Origin: a virus
Direction: 5' to 3' (one strand)
Virus record (IMG/VR): IMGVR_UViG_3300045258_000102
Span: 1 to 64,000 of that record
Length of the DNA: 64,000 bases
Positions 54,467 through 63,889 of this stretch are shown here, one piece after another. The notes beneath the pieces are model-generated. The model was given only the letters and a program-made list of their open reading frames with translations, was not told the DNA's origin and ran no database searches. Position numbers and translations under genes: made by a program. Each line of letters starts with the position of its first letter. Within the stretch, counting starts at the first letter, position 1.

Positions 54467-56170
54467 TTACTCAAAAAACACGTCGGCAGCTTTTGTTCCA
54501 CCGTCGCGCTCATAGCCTTCTGCGGCTTCGAGTCCGCGCAGTCTTCCGATGGCATTATTCCAGGTGGAACTTCCCGAAGAATACCCGGATGACTCTGACA
54601 ACTCCGCCGTAGTCATTCGCGACGGATGTGCTTCGCAAAGTGCATCTAGCATGATGTTCTCAGCCTTTCCGAGTCGCGCCCTAAGCCACTCCCTGAGTGT
54701 CTTTCCACTCGGCTTAGGTTCGACACCCCACGACTCTACCTCCGCAATTCCGAGTGGCGTAATAGTCCATCCGCTTAAATGTCGCCGGCGCAAGCGACCC
54801 AGCGCGTTATTCCATGTCGAGCTATTGGAAGCATATCCAGAATAGAAAGACACCTTCGATGGCGTGGCCGTCTCGTCTTTAAGCCAATAAAACGCTCGCA
54901 AAATTGCACGCTCTGATTTTAATAGAATGATATCATCGTCGCCTACAACAGAGGCTATGGGCGCAGCAGGCTTAACGGTTTCGCGTCGTGACGATGTACG
55001 ACCACTCGGCGTTGCAATAGCAATCTTCTCAGTCGGAGCGCTCACCGTCACAATTGCTTCGCCGTTCAAATGGGCCAACTCGGCAATCTTTTTCAGCCGC
55101 GTCACGACTCCACTGTGAGCCTTTTGCAGTTTCGACACTTCTCCCTGCCAGTGCTTATCGCAATCGGCAGCAGCTTTCTCCGCTGCCTTGATGAGCACGT
55201 TTGGATCGACAGCGGCCGGCTCCTTGGACTCCGCTTTCTTTTTCCATTCGGCGATCTGTTTGCGAAGTTCCTTCGGGTCGTTCGCCTTCGCTTCCTCGAC
55301 CACCGATGCCAACTTAGCGCGAATCTCTGACAGATCGACCGACGCCCAGCCCTTGAGCTTTTCCGTCCCACTGTTGGCTTGCGGCGCAAACGAATCGTAA
55401 GTCTTGAAAAGTGGGAAGGTGATTTGCTTTGGGCCGAATCCTATTTCCGGCGACCACACCCAACCCTCGCCACGTTGCATGGATGCCAGTGTATTCAAAA
55501 CGTCGCGGCCCTTTTGTGCATCACCAGCGCCGTCAATCCAATCTTTGATCGCGTCCCGGTCCAGCTTGTGAATCACTCGCATGGCAACCAGCGTTTCGGC
55601 GCACGTCAGAAAATCCTTGTGGACCTTTTGCGGTCGCTGAGATGCCGAGAGGATCGTCAACCCCTTCCCGCGCCCTTCGCTCGCAAGCCGGTTCGCCCAA
55701 TGCAGCATCTTGCCGGCGTCTGGATCGAGCACCTTCCCCTGTGGTGCAAAGTTGTGAACCTCGTCGATGACGATATAGCGATGCCCGCGCGTGGTGCGAA
55801 ACAGCGTCGATGCGAAGTCCACAAAGAACCGAGTCCGCTCGCCCGGCATCCAGCCGCCAAGATTGATAATGCAGGGGCGGTTGCCGGTTGCGATCAGTTC
55901 GGCGACCTGCTGACCAGAGTGCGCGTTGAGTGGCACATCGGCATACTCGCCGCCAAAGATGACGACGGGGTAGCCAGCAGACTTACCACTTGCCGACAGC
56001 TTGAGCCCCCACCAATCACCCTTCGGGTCGATGATGCAAACCGGCTTCTGATCGTCCAACAGCCCTTCGACCATCGAGCGCAGTACCGACGACTTCCCGG
56101 AGCCCGTTTTGCCAAGAACTGCAATATGCTGTCGGAAAATCTCGGCTGGTAGTTTTGCCATCGGGTTCAT
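54467..56170 (-). CDS. HerA/FtsK-like (DUF87) ATPase with C-terminal winged-helix repeats
   Basis: HIAVLGKTGSGKS, IIDPKGD, IVIDEVH, EGRGKG, ASQRP. Confidence 0.85.
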   Translation of the reverse strand: MNPMAKLPAEIFRQHIAVLGKTGSGKSSVLRSMVEGLLDDQKPVCIIDPKGDWWGLKLSASGKSAGYPVVIFGGEYADVPLNAHSGQQVAELIATGNRPCIINLGGWMPGERTRFFVDFASTLFRTTRGHRYIVIDEVHNFAPQGKVLDPDAGKMLHWANRLASEGRGKGLTILSASQRPQKVHKDFLTCAETLVAMRVIHKLDRDAIKDWIDGAGDAQKGRDVLNTLASMQRGEGWVWSPEIGFGPKQITFPLFKTYDSFAPQANSGTEKLKGWASVDLSEIRAKLASVVEEAKANDPKELRKQIAEWKKKAESKEPAAVDPNVLIKAAEKAAADCDKHWQGEVSKLQKAHSGVVTRLKKIAELAHLNGEAIVTVSAPTEKIAIATPSGRTSSRRETVKPAAPIASVVGDDDIILLKSERAILRAFYWLKDETATPSKVSFYSGYASNSSTWNNALGRLRRRHLSGWTITPLGIAEVESWGVEPKPSGKTLREWLRARLGKAENIMLDALCEAHPSRMTTAELSESSGYSSGSSTWNNAIGRLRGLEAAEGYERDGGTKAADVFFE

Positions 56171-56193
56171 CTCCTAGTGGGGGCGGGCGGGGG

Positions 56194-56499
56194 TTAGGCT
56201 CGCGGCGCGACCATTCCCAACTCAAGCAACAACTGCGTCGGCGCGAATGCCGAGAACCTTGCCAACGCGCCGAGGTCAACCTTCAGCGGCAACGGCTCCC
56301 CGGATCCTCCGCTGAGTCCCAACGGATCGGCTTCGCGCTTGGCTTCCTCCTCGGCCCGCAGGTACGCGGCTGCGCACAGCCTACCGTAAATCTCCTTGGA
56401 GATTTCCAGCCGCATGAGCTGCAATTGGGCGGACTCCATCTGCTCCCGCTGGCGATTCGCAGCGAGCACGTCTGGTAGTTCTAGGTCTGGCATGGTCAT
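56194..56499 (-). CDS. Hypothetical protein
   Basis: SD AAGGAG; ATGA-coupled. Confidence 0.6.
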   Translation of the reverse strand: MTMPDLELPDVLAANRQREQMESAQLQLMRLEISKEIYGRLCAAAYLRAEEEAKREADPLGLSGGSGEPLPLKVDLGALARFSAFAPTQLLLELGMVAPRA

Positions 56500-57488
56500 T
56501 CTCCTTCGTTGACTCGCAGGGCCAACGTGTAGCCTCGCGGTGGGTCGTAATAAAACGCACGCGAATCAAGTACCAGCACCACTAGCGCGTAAGGCAGCCC
56601 GAGCGCTTTGCTGATCGCCGCAGCCGTGATCGGCCCGATGGTGCGGCGCATCAGCCGAGCGATCTTGTTTCTGACGTCCTCGGCACTGGCACCGTGAGCA
56701 GCGCACTCCTCGACTCCTGGCGAGAGCAGCATCAGTCGCGACGTCCGCTTTTTCGAGTTTAGCCGACCGCTGGTCTTGGCACCGCGCATAAACCTTCGGT
56801 CACTGAAGACCTTCTCGATCGAGCCGCTGGGGATGTTGACCGCTCTGGCGATCACGTATTGCGGGTGAGCACCGGGATTGGCCTTGAGCCACTGAATGGC
56901 CCGCTGCGTGTGGCCCTCGAGCACGGCCTTGGGCCGCGGGTGCGGCTCGCGCTGGCGATACTTTGGCGGCTTTTCGACCGGCGCGTGCGGCTCGCGAACG
57001 TACCCCGGCCGAGCCCAATTCAGAAACCGCTCGGACATCTGCGGGCTGATACCGAAGATCGCTTCGAGATCCGTCGACGTGCAGGTCGTCACGTCCAGGC
57101 CGCTCAGCGCGAGTTCGTCCAGCGACTTGGCGATCCGCCGATGGTCGCCCGTCTTCAGCTCGCGCACCAGCTCGAGCAGCCTGTCGTTCTCGGCAGCTCG
57201 CTTCAGGAAGTCGAACGGGGTGTCGGAGCGCCGGCAGCGCGCCAGCAGTCGCCGCGTCGCATCTTCGCCCGAACCGTGGTTGCTGGCCGCGATGATTTCT
57301 TGCACGAGGTAACATTGCATGTCGCGCGTCGTGTGGTGCGCTTCGGGGTCGGAGCCGGTGGGCACGAGCAGTGGCGCAAGCCGCTCCGGCTTCGAGCGCA
57401 TGGCGCCGTCACGCGGCGTGAGCACTTGCCGGTTGTGCGGTCGGCCTTTGTTGTATTGCGACATGAGTAGTAATGCGATGAGGAGCAT
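56496..57488 (-). CDS. DNA-binding protein: degenerate HhH glycosylase-like domain + HTH domains
   Basis: DLEAIFGISPQMSERFL (HhH-like); IARAVNIPSGSI and AAAISKALGLP (HTH-like). Confidence 0.55.
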   Translation of the reverse strand: MLLIALLLMSQYNKGRPHNRQVLTPRDGAMRSKPERLAPLLVPTGSDPEAHHTTRDMQCYLVQEIIAASNHGSGEDATRRLLARCRRSDTPFDFLKRAAENDRLLELVRELKTGDHRRIAKSLDELALSGLDVTTCTSTDLEAIFGISPQMSERFLNWARPGYVREPHAPVEKPPKYRQREPHPRPKAVLEGHTQRAIQWLKANPGAHPQYVIARAVNIPSGSIEKVFSDRRFMRGAKTSGRLNSKKRTSRLMLLSPGVEECAAHGASAEDVRNKIARLMRRTIGPITAAAISKALGLPYALVVLVLDSRAFYYDPPRGYTLALRVNEGE

Positions 57489-57507
57489 GGGTTACTCGGA
57501 CACGCGA

Positions 57508-57843
57508 TCAATTCGTGTCGCTCGGCCCTTCCTGAAGTGCGACTAGAGCTTTCCGAAGCAAATCGACGCACTGCGAATGCTTACCGCGAAAGACGAGATA
57601 GTTGAGCGGCACCGGTGTCTCGTTGCCGCCACCGACGGAAATGCGCAGAATTCCTTGCTCGTCATCGGGCAACTGGCGGACATGCACGCCGCGGGCCTGC
57701 CATTCGCAAATGATCTCTTCGTTTTTCAGGCCGCCGGTGATTTTTGAACGGCCAGCCAAAAAGTCGTCGCTCGCCCTTTCTTCCAGGCGATCCATGAACT
57801 GTCGTCGTAGGTTGTTAGCGTCCGAATCTTGGTGGGTCTGCAT
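57508..57843 (-). CDS. Hypothetical phage protein
   Basis: SD AAGGAG. Confidence 0.65.
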   Translation of the reverse strand: MQTHQDSDANNLRRQFMDRLEERASDDFLAGRSKITGGLKNEEIICEWQARGVHVRQLPDDEQGILRISVGGGNETPVPLNYLVFRGKHSQCVDLLRKALVALQEGPSDTN

Positions 57844-57888
57844 CGCTTCTCCTTACTGCGAGTTAGGTGAGTTATTGCCAGTGAAAAT

Positions 57889-57985
57889 GCCCCACGGCGG
57901 ACGATCTAATCGTTGCAGCTCGGCGGAATTGGGTTGAATTTATCGACGACATGAAAGCGCCGTCCGCTCTGCCGCCGCCAGGGGC
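57889..57985 (-). ncRNA. Candidate multi-stem intergenic RNA
   Basis: Nested GCCCC/GGGGC, TGGCGG/CCGCCG, GCAG/CTGC, GACGGCG/TGTCGTC and ACGAT/ATCGT stems. Confidence 0.35.
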
Positions 57986-57994
57986 GCGGGACGA

Positions 57995-58420
57995 CTACTC
58001 GTCAGAATCGGTTTCCTCTTCCTCGTCTTCCGGCTTCTCGTCGGGAATGCTGCTGACCTCTTCGATCTTCAGTCGTCCGGCACCGGAACTGAAATGCGCC
58101 AACTCAGCGATGTCGACGTCCTTCAGCGAGAACGTGAGGCCGATGCCGATTTGTTTGGCGTTGGCCGAGAAGCCTTTCACATCGAACACGCCCTTAACAG
58201 TCCTGTCCGTGTCGAACGCGGTCTTCTGGCCGTTGCCGTCCTCTCGCTTGCCGAGTACGACCGAGCCGATCAGTCGCCGATTGCAGAACAGTTTATCGGC
58301 TTGCGATGCGCTGCACACGCCGCGATCGATCTTCACGCCCAGTCGGGCCGTCGTCTCGCCGATACTCACGGTTCCGAAGTTGACTCCGCCATCGAATTCC
58401 TTGAAGGTTTTACCTGCCAT
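57995..58420 (-). CDS. Hypothetical protein with an acidic tail
   Basis: SD AAAGGA; EDEEEETDSDE C-terminus. Confidence 0.7.
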   Translation of the reverse strand: MAGKTFKEFDGGVNFGTVSIGETTARLGVKIDRGVCSASQADKLFCNRRLIGSVVLGKREDGNGQKTAFDTDRTVKGVFDVKGFSANAKQIGIGLTFSLKDVDIAELAHFSSGAGRLKIEEVSSIPDEKPEDEEEETDSDE

Positions 58421-58434
58421 AAAGTTTTCCTTTG

Positions 58435-59016
58435 CTAAAAGGTGGTTGGTGGTCTAAACATCTCCGCCTGCACCGGCTCGGCCGGCACATCCAGCGGCAC
58501 AATCTCGATCTCGACGCACGGCTGCGTCCCCAGCGGGCAATAGAACTTCTCAACCGGGCCGGTGACCGTCTGCGCGTCGTCGACGTACAAGACGCCCGTG
58601 AGTGCGTCCTCGACGGCACGAGCCAGCTTGAGGCGATCGGGGCGCACGGTGTGCATCGCGTCCGAGTACCGCGCCTTGAGCAGCCCAGCATTCTTGCCAG
58701 TGCCGAAGTGGTAGCCCGGGCGCTCGAGGTAGAACCGAAGTTTCAATTCCAGCGGGCCGGCCAGCGGATCCATGCCCGCGAACTTGGCCTTGGCCTCGCG
58801 AGTGATCTTCTGCATCCAGGGCGTCGAGTTCGGGTTGTCGTCTCGCACGTACTGCATCGGCCTGCCGCTGGCGGTCTTCTTCGGTGTCCGGAACGGCCTA
58901 CCGTCGACGTCGTAGACGACTTTGCCCGTCGCTGGGTCGACGACGTCCTTGTAGACCGTGACCGGGATCTTGGAACCACGTGGCTCGGGTTTTCCTCGAA
59001 CGGTGAGGGCGATCAC
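58435..59016 (-). CDS. rusA: RusA-family Holliday junction resolvase
   Basis: GKPEPRGS...RPDRLKLARAVEDALTGVLYVDDAQ. Confidence 0.9.
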   Translation of the reverse strand: MIALTVRGKPEPRGSKIPVTVYKDVVDPATGKVVYDVDGRPFRTPKKTASGRPMQYVRDDNPNSTPWMQKITREAKAKFAGMDPLAGPLELKLRFYLERPGYHFGTGKNAGLLKARYSDAMHTVRPDRLKLARAVEDALTGVLYVDDAQTVTGPVEKFYCPLGTQPCVEIEIVPLDVPAEPVQAEMFRPPTTF

Positions 59017-59705
59017 GCCGCACCTCCCTGGTCACCTGATTGGTCCGTCAGCTGCTTCACCACGTCGCCAATCGTCTTCGGACCGCCGTCGGCAATCCGT
59101 TCTCGTCGATCGCTGCCGTCAACTGGCGGCGCCAACACTGGCTGCGACGTGCCGATCCGCAGCGTCTCGCCCGTGTAGGCGTTGAGCTTGCCGAGAATCC
59201 GGTCCGGAAACTGGCTGTTGGCGATCTCGGTTCGCCCCGTGAGTGGTCGCCTCAGCTCCTCGGAAATACGACCGGAGTTGCACAGCCGCACGTACGTTTC
59301 CTTGAACGACTTCTTGAGCCACACGAAGTAATCGTCTCCACACTTCTCGCAGCAGTGGATCCAGCCGCCCAAGAGTCGCACAGTGGCGTTGATGATCCCG
59401 TCGTCGAACGTCACCGAGTGATCCGAGCCCTCCATGCTCACAGCCCGATCAAACTCGTGCCACGCGATGTCGGCTCGTGCCTCGAAGGTCGCGCCGCCGG
59501 TCACCGCCGCCTGCCGCAGCTGACCTGGCGTCGGCATAAAGCCGCTCGGAGAGCAAAGTAATCTGGTCGTCGCAGCGTCCAAATCGTCGTCCGAAACGTG
59601 TGACAAAGCGATCTCGTACGCCTTGAAAGTCAAGGCAGTCGGATGGCGGTTGTATGCCTCGCAGAGCGTGCCGACGACGGCTGCGATCTTCGGTTTGCTA
59701 GCCAT
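59013..59705 (-). CDS. DUF6475-like replication accessory (helicase loader/inhibitor-like)
   Basis: FMPTPGQLR; SVTFDDGIINATVRLLGGW; follows the initiator gene. Confidence 0.75.
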   Translation of the reverse strand: MASKPKIAAVVGTLCEAYNRHPTALTFKAYEIALSHVSDDDLDAATTRLLCSPSGFMPTPGQLRQAAVTGGATFEARADIAWHEFDRAVSMEGSDHSVTFDDGIINATVRLLGGWIHCCEKCGDDYFVWLKKSFKETYVRLCNSGRISEELRRPLTGRTEIANSQFPDRILGKLNAYTGETLRIGTSQPVLAPPVDGSDRRERIADGGPKTIGDVVKQLTDQSGDQGGAA

Positions 59706-60507
59706 CGAACCCTCCCAGAAATTGTTCGGCCGCGGTGCGTGTCCCGCGCGGGTCTCGACGCGATCGCTGCCACGTCGCTGGATCGTCGTCGTACTGGCCG
59801 GCGTTGAGCCAAGTTGCCGGGTGTGGAATGTATTGCGTGTCGCCATTCGCCAACTCCGAGGCGGAGAATGCACGCACGCGGTCGAGCAGGAATGCGTGCG
59901 GGTCGTCCGACCCTGGACCGGCCTCGACTGGTCGCGATTTGATCACTCGAACCGCGAGATCGTAGGCTTTTTTGGCACTGCGCTTAGCGATCTTGTTGGG
60001 AACGAACGCCCAGAAACGATCAAATGGAGTTTCAGTTCCATTTTCAGATTCATGTTCATCTTCAGTTACATTTACATCTTCAACCCGCGATGCTATTTTT
60101 TGCCGCTTGCTTTGCGATGCGTCTGCCATAGCAATCGCATTGCCGATGCCATCTGAACTGCCATCGGATTTGCCACCCCAGCGAGATTCAGCGCCGGCCC
60201 TTCCAGCTGATGACCGAACGCGCTTCAGTCGTTTCAGCTCGGAACGTATTTTCTCTAGGCGACCGTTTTTCAGTTGACCGTTTCCAAGGTCCTTGAACTT
60301 TGCCCGAACAGCTGGCCATGCGTCAGACATTTCGGCCGGTGACGCGCCGGCGATCCTGCCCACCTTCACAGCGTCGTCGGGCACCCAGAACTTGTGCCAT
60401 TGGTGACAAAGACAGCGGATGTAGATGCCGACCTCGGTCGGCGACATTTCCAGCGTGCCGGCGGTGAAGTCTTCTGGGTAGAACAGAAAAGCTGGGTACT
60501 CAGCCAT
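59698..60507 (-). CDS. DUF1376/YdaU-family replication initiator
   Basis: PAFLFYPEDF...EVGIYIRCLCHQW; C-terminal FDRFW...P.K...HPATWLN. Confidence 0.85.
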   Translation of the reverse strand: MAEYPAFLFYPEDFTAGTLEMSPTEVGIYIRCLCHQWHKFWVPDDAVKVGRIAGASPAEMSDAWPAVRAKFKDLGNGQLKNGRLEKIRSELKRLKRVRSSAGRAGAESRWGGKSDGSSDGIGNAIAMADASQSKRQKIASRVEDVNVTEDEHESENGTETPFDRFWAFVPNKIAKRSAKKAYDLAVRVIKSRPVEAGPGSDDPHAFLLDRVRAFSASELANGDTQYIPHPATWLNAGQYDDDPATWQRSRRDPRGTRTAAEQFLGGFDG

Positions 60508-60710
60508 CAACGCTGCTTCCTTCGCGGGTGTCGTTCGCGTTCTTCCTTTGCCATCGCCGACCGCACCGGGTCGTTGTGGCTGGCCACGATGCCGTCATCC
60601 ACTCCGTCGAAGAAGGCGCCGCATTTTCGGCACTTGAAGATGTCGCCGACCGGTTGCGCATTTTTGCGACCGCACTGCGGGCATTGGGGTGGTTTGTTCT
60701 TACTCGTCAC
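60507..60710 (-). CDS. Small Zn-ribbon protein
   Basis: GTG start; CPQC...CRKC. Confidence 0.65.
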   Translation of the reverse strand: MTSKNKPPQCPQCGRKNAQPVGDIFKCRKCGAFFDGVDDGIVASHNDPVRSAMAKEERERHPRRKQR

Positions 60711-61146
60711 TTCGCATCCCTCCTTCCACGCAAGCGTCGAGCGCCGCCATAAAGTCAGCGTCGTAGTCAATGTTGCGCTTCCAGTAGTCCATCTTTACGA
60801 GACGCTTTGCGCTAATTCGAATCCCGCGCAGATCGTTGATGTCGGCCAAGTAGCGCACGGACTGATGCGGGTGGCCCTGCGCCATGGCCCAGAGCCTAGC
60901 CTCGTAAACACTCGCCGCCAGCACGTACCAATACCCATCCGGTCCTGGCGACCATTCATCGCGTTCGCGATCTCTTCGAGTCTTCACCGCCTCCACAATC
61001 CGCTCCGCCGGCACCAGCGCCACAGTAAGCTGCTCCGGCGTCGGGTAGTCCTTGCAGAGCTCGCCGTCGAGCTCCATGTGCTGCAGGTCAGTCGCCAGCA
61101 GGATCGCGGCTAGGTCGTATTTATCGAGGTACATATAGTCTTTCAC
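60700..61146 (-). CDS. Hypothetical protein
   Basis: GTGA-coupled. Confidence 0.6.
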   Translation of the reverse strand: MKDYMYLDKYDLAAILLATDLQHMELDGELCKDYPTPEQLTVALVPAERIVEAVKTRRDRERDEWSPGPDGYWYVLAASVYEARLWAMAQGHPHQSVRYLADINDLRGIRISAKRLVKMDYWKRNIDYDADFMAALDACVEGGMRSDE

Positions 61147-61367
61147 GCGTTGATGAACGATGCTTCGTCGTATGCCATCGAGGCGCCGATCACCTTCCGC
61201 TGGTCGTTCTCGGCTTGCATCCCGTAGATGCGCGCTAGCTTGTCGACGGATCGCTCAAACTGGTTGATCGCCTCGGTGAAGTTCATGCCAGGAAACTGCT
61301 CCATCGCGCTCTTGAGCGAATAGGCAGCACGTTCAAATCTCTCCGAGAGAAGGTTGACGTTGTTCAC
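61143..61367 (-). CDS. Hypothetical protein (GMQAENDQR motif)
   Basis: GTG start overlapping the upstream stop; SD GGAGG. Confidence 0.6.
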   Translation of the reverse strand: MNNVNLLSERFERAAYSLKSAMEQFPGMNFTEAINQFERSVDKLARIYGMQAENDQRKVIGASMAYDEASFINA

Positions 61368-63139
61368 TTCGCATCCTCCCGGCCGAAGACCGCGATCCAG
61401 TTCCGTCCCCGGTGCGCCACACCGACGCGATCGAAATTCATCTCGACCCATCTGTTATTCAGGTTGATCTTGCCCAAAAGCTGCTGCCGATGTCCGAAGC
61501 TCAGCACCCAGCCGTGGACCATTTCACCGACCGACCACGCGCCGGATCCGTCGTCCTGGGCCAGGTCGTCCGTTGCCGTGCCCTTAAAGCCGAAGCGATG
61601 GGCGGAGGCTTCCACGCCACAGCCTTCGGCGAAGTGGTCGTACCACTGAACCCGGTGGCGAGCGCACTGCATCAAGCACGGATCGACGACCAGTGCCGGC
61701 TTAGCGTAGGCGGCCCGCTCGGCGTTGATGCGCGTGACCATCGTTTGCTCGGTGCTTGAGAGCGGCGTCTCGGCCCGCGCCACGGTCGGCAGTAAGCAGA
61801 GCAGCGCGAGCACCACGCGACACCGTCGCTTGAGCATTCGGCCAATCATCGAGTTAAGACCGATGTAGGCGAGAAGAGCGATCAGGGCGAGTATCCACGT
61901 GCGCGGCTCCGGAACTGCCTTGATCGAGAGCCCGGTCGACTTCGTCAGCGTGAACGCCTTGCCGCCGATCGAGTAGTCGCCAAGGTAGCCGGTGAACGAT
62001 ACGAACCCATTCGCGTCGGCCTTCGCCGTCAGGTTGGTCATCACCGACTTGATGAACGCCTGCCACGCGGCACCAGCGGGGGTCTGCGTGTACCTGCCGT
62101 TGCTGAGGTTGTACAGCGCCATCGTCGGCGCCCAATCCTGCGAACTACCGGTGTTGACCCATGTCCAGTCGTAGACGCCTGTGGTCAGCGGATTGCCGTA
62201 CATCATGCGTAGCGTCTGGTTCATCAGGACGTCGGTGTTCTTGAGCCCGGAGAAGCCACCGAGTTCTGTGAGCACGCTTGGCAATCCGAGAGCGTTGAGC
62301 TTGGCGAGGTTGGATGCGATGCTCGACGGCGTCGGCAGGGCTTCGCCCGACCAGCCCAAGTAATCTTCCATGCCGAGCTCACCGACGTAGCCGCCCGCGG
62401 CCTGGATCTCCTTAACGTCGTTCAGGTATGCCGTGGTGAACCTGCCATTGAACAGATGGTCGTTGTTCACGCCGGCCTGCAGGCTCGGCATCTTGACGTG
62501 GATCTGGTTGTAGATGCTGGCGACGTTGCTATATCCGATCGCCTTGACCCAGTCGGTCACGCTGCTGGACTCGTTGAACACGTCCATCTGCGTGTAGTGC
62601 TGGTGCGTATCGTTCAGCACATAGTTCACGCGGCCCTGCAGCCACGTTACCAGTTGTTTCTTGGCGTTGGAGTCGCCGCCCATCGCCTTCTTCTGCAAGG
62701 AGTTGAGCCAGGACGGCTGGCCTTCCTCCGTGTTGTAGGCCAGCGTGTGGAACCGCGTGCTCAGTTTGTTTTTCGTAGCGAAGTCGTTGAACAGGTCGAT
62801 CGCTCCGAAGTCAATCCTGCCCTTCGTCGATTCCATGTCCATCGGGTAACCGCCGCCGCGAGGCGTGATTGAATTGGCGTTTGCCAGGATCAGGGCCGAT
62901 GCTGTCTTGTTCTGCAGTTGGTCGCTTCCGGCGCCGACCCCGAAGTTGAATGCGTTGCGCGTCATGTTGACAGCAACAGATTGGCCAGGCTGAAAGCCAC
63001 CAATTGTCGCTGTCGCAGTTCGATACTTGGCAATGTTGGCATCCGCCGTGGCCAGCGCGGCGCTGTCCGACGACGAGAGCGCCGCTGATGCTGGTGACGC
63101 CAGCAGCAACAGGGTGAGGGTGGTGAGGATTCGGTTCAT
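61364..63139 (-). CDS. Exported GH10 (xylanase-like) + internal PEP-CTERM + second signal peptide + CAP/SCP domain
   Basis: Signal peptide ASA|A; RFHTLAY, QPSW, MDVFNE, VLTEL; VPEPRTW-TM-KRR; INAERAA...W.LSFGHRQQLL...VGVA. Confidence 0.85.
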   Translation of the reverse strand: MNRILTTLTLLLLASPASAALSSSDSAALATADANIAKYRTATATIGGFQPGQSVAVNMTRNAFNFGVGAGSDQLQNKTASALILANANSITPRGGGYPMDMESTKGRIDFGAIDLFNDFATKNKLSTRFHTLAYNTEEGQPSWLNSLQKKAMGGDSNAKKQLVTWLQGRVNYVLNDTHQHYTQMDVFNESSSVTDWVKAIGYSNVASIYNQIHVKMPSLQAGVNNDHLFNGRFTTAYLNDVKEIQAAGGYVGELGMEDYLGWSGEALPTPSSIASNLAKLNALGLPSVLTELGGFSGLKNTDVLMNQTLRMMYGNPLTTGVYDWTWVNTGSSQDWAPTMALYNLSNGRYTQTPAGAAWQAFIKSVMTNLTAKADANGFVSFTGYLGDYSIGGKAFTLTKSTGLSIKAVPEPRTWILALIALLAYIGLNSMIGRMLKRRCRVVLALLCLLPTVARAETPLSSTEQTMVTRINAERAAYAKPALVVDPCLMQCARHRVQWYDHFAEGCGVEASAHRFGFKGTATDDLAQDDGSGAWSVGEMVHGWVLSFGHRQQLLGKINLNNRWVEMNFDRVGVAHRGRNWIAVFGREDAK

Positions 63140-63154
63140 GGCGATTTCCTTTCG

Positions 63155-63889
63155 TTACAGGGTTCTTGTATCGATCCACCACGCGACCAGAAACGCGAGC
63201 GGGTTCTTTGTCGTGGGATGATAGATTCGTCCGATGACGAGCGGGTCGGCCTTGCGCTGCGCTGGAAGGACGCCAATCTCGTCGAATACTTTGGCCGCCA
63301 GCGCTCGGCAAGTCGCGTCCATGACAATCGGCTGCGCGAGTGAGATTGGGAATTCGATCTCTTGGAATTCCTTGGGGAAATAACGAGTGAGCACCTTCTG
63401 GTCGCCAGCAGCCGGATACTCGCGCTGATAGATGATTGGATTCGGGCTGCGGTTTTCACCCTTCCCGATCGGCGGATTGTTTGAGGACTGGGGAAACGAC
63501 GACCAGCTTGACTCGCTGCTGTCGGCTTTCGGGCGTTTTCTGGTCGTCCTGATGGCGATTACGCTGACCGGGAAGTTCGGCACAATCGCGTAGCCAGCCT
63601 CCACGGCCGCTAGGCATTTCTCGTAGTACTGGACCCGCGCCAATGCGTTGTTTGCCTGTCGCTCGAACGGTCCGAGCTTCCAGCCGGCCTTTGCCGCCGT
63701 CTCGAGGCACTCGCACATTTCTTTTTCGTCGGCACGTACGATCTCGAGCTTGGCGCGAAACCACTCGGCGAGTTTCGTTTGCGCCTCGCGCATTTCGGCC
63801 GGATTCATCGCCACGAGTTGCATCTCGTCGCTGACGTCGCTTACTGTCGTCGAAGGTACTGAGCCTGCTGTCGCTAGTGACGTGGACAT
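63155..63889 (-). CDS. Hypothetical phage protein (coiled coil, DPLVIG motif)
   Basis: SD AGGAG; long ORF with normal composition. Confidence 0.7.
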   Translation of the reverse strand: MSTSLATAGSVPSTTVSDVSDEMQLVAMNPAEMREAQTKLAEWFRAKLEIVRADEKEMCECLETAAKAGWKLGPFERQANNALARVQYYEKCLAAVEAGYAIVPNFPVSVIAIRTTRKRPKADSSESSWSSFPQSSNNPPIGKGENRSPNPIIYQREYPAAGDQKVLTRYFPKEFQEIEFPISLAQPIVMDATCRALAAKVFDEIGVLPAQRKADPLVIGRIYHPTTKNPLAFLVAWWIDTRTL

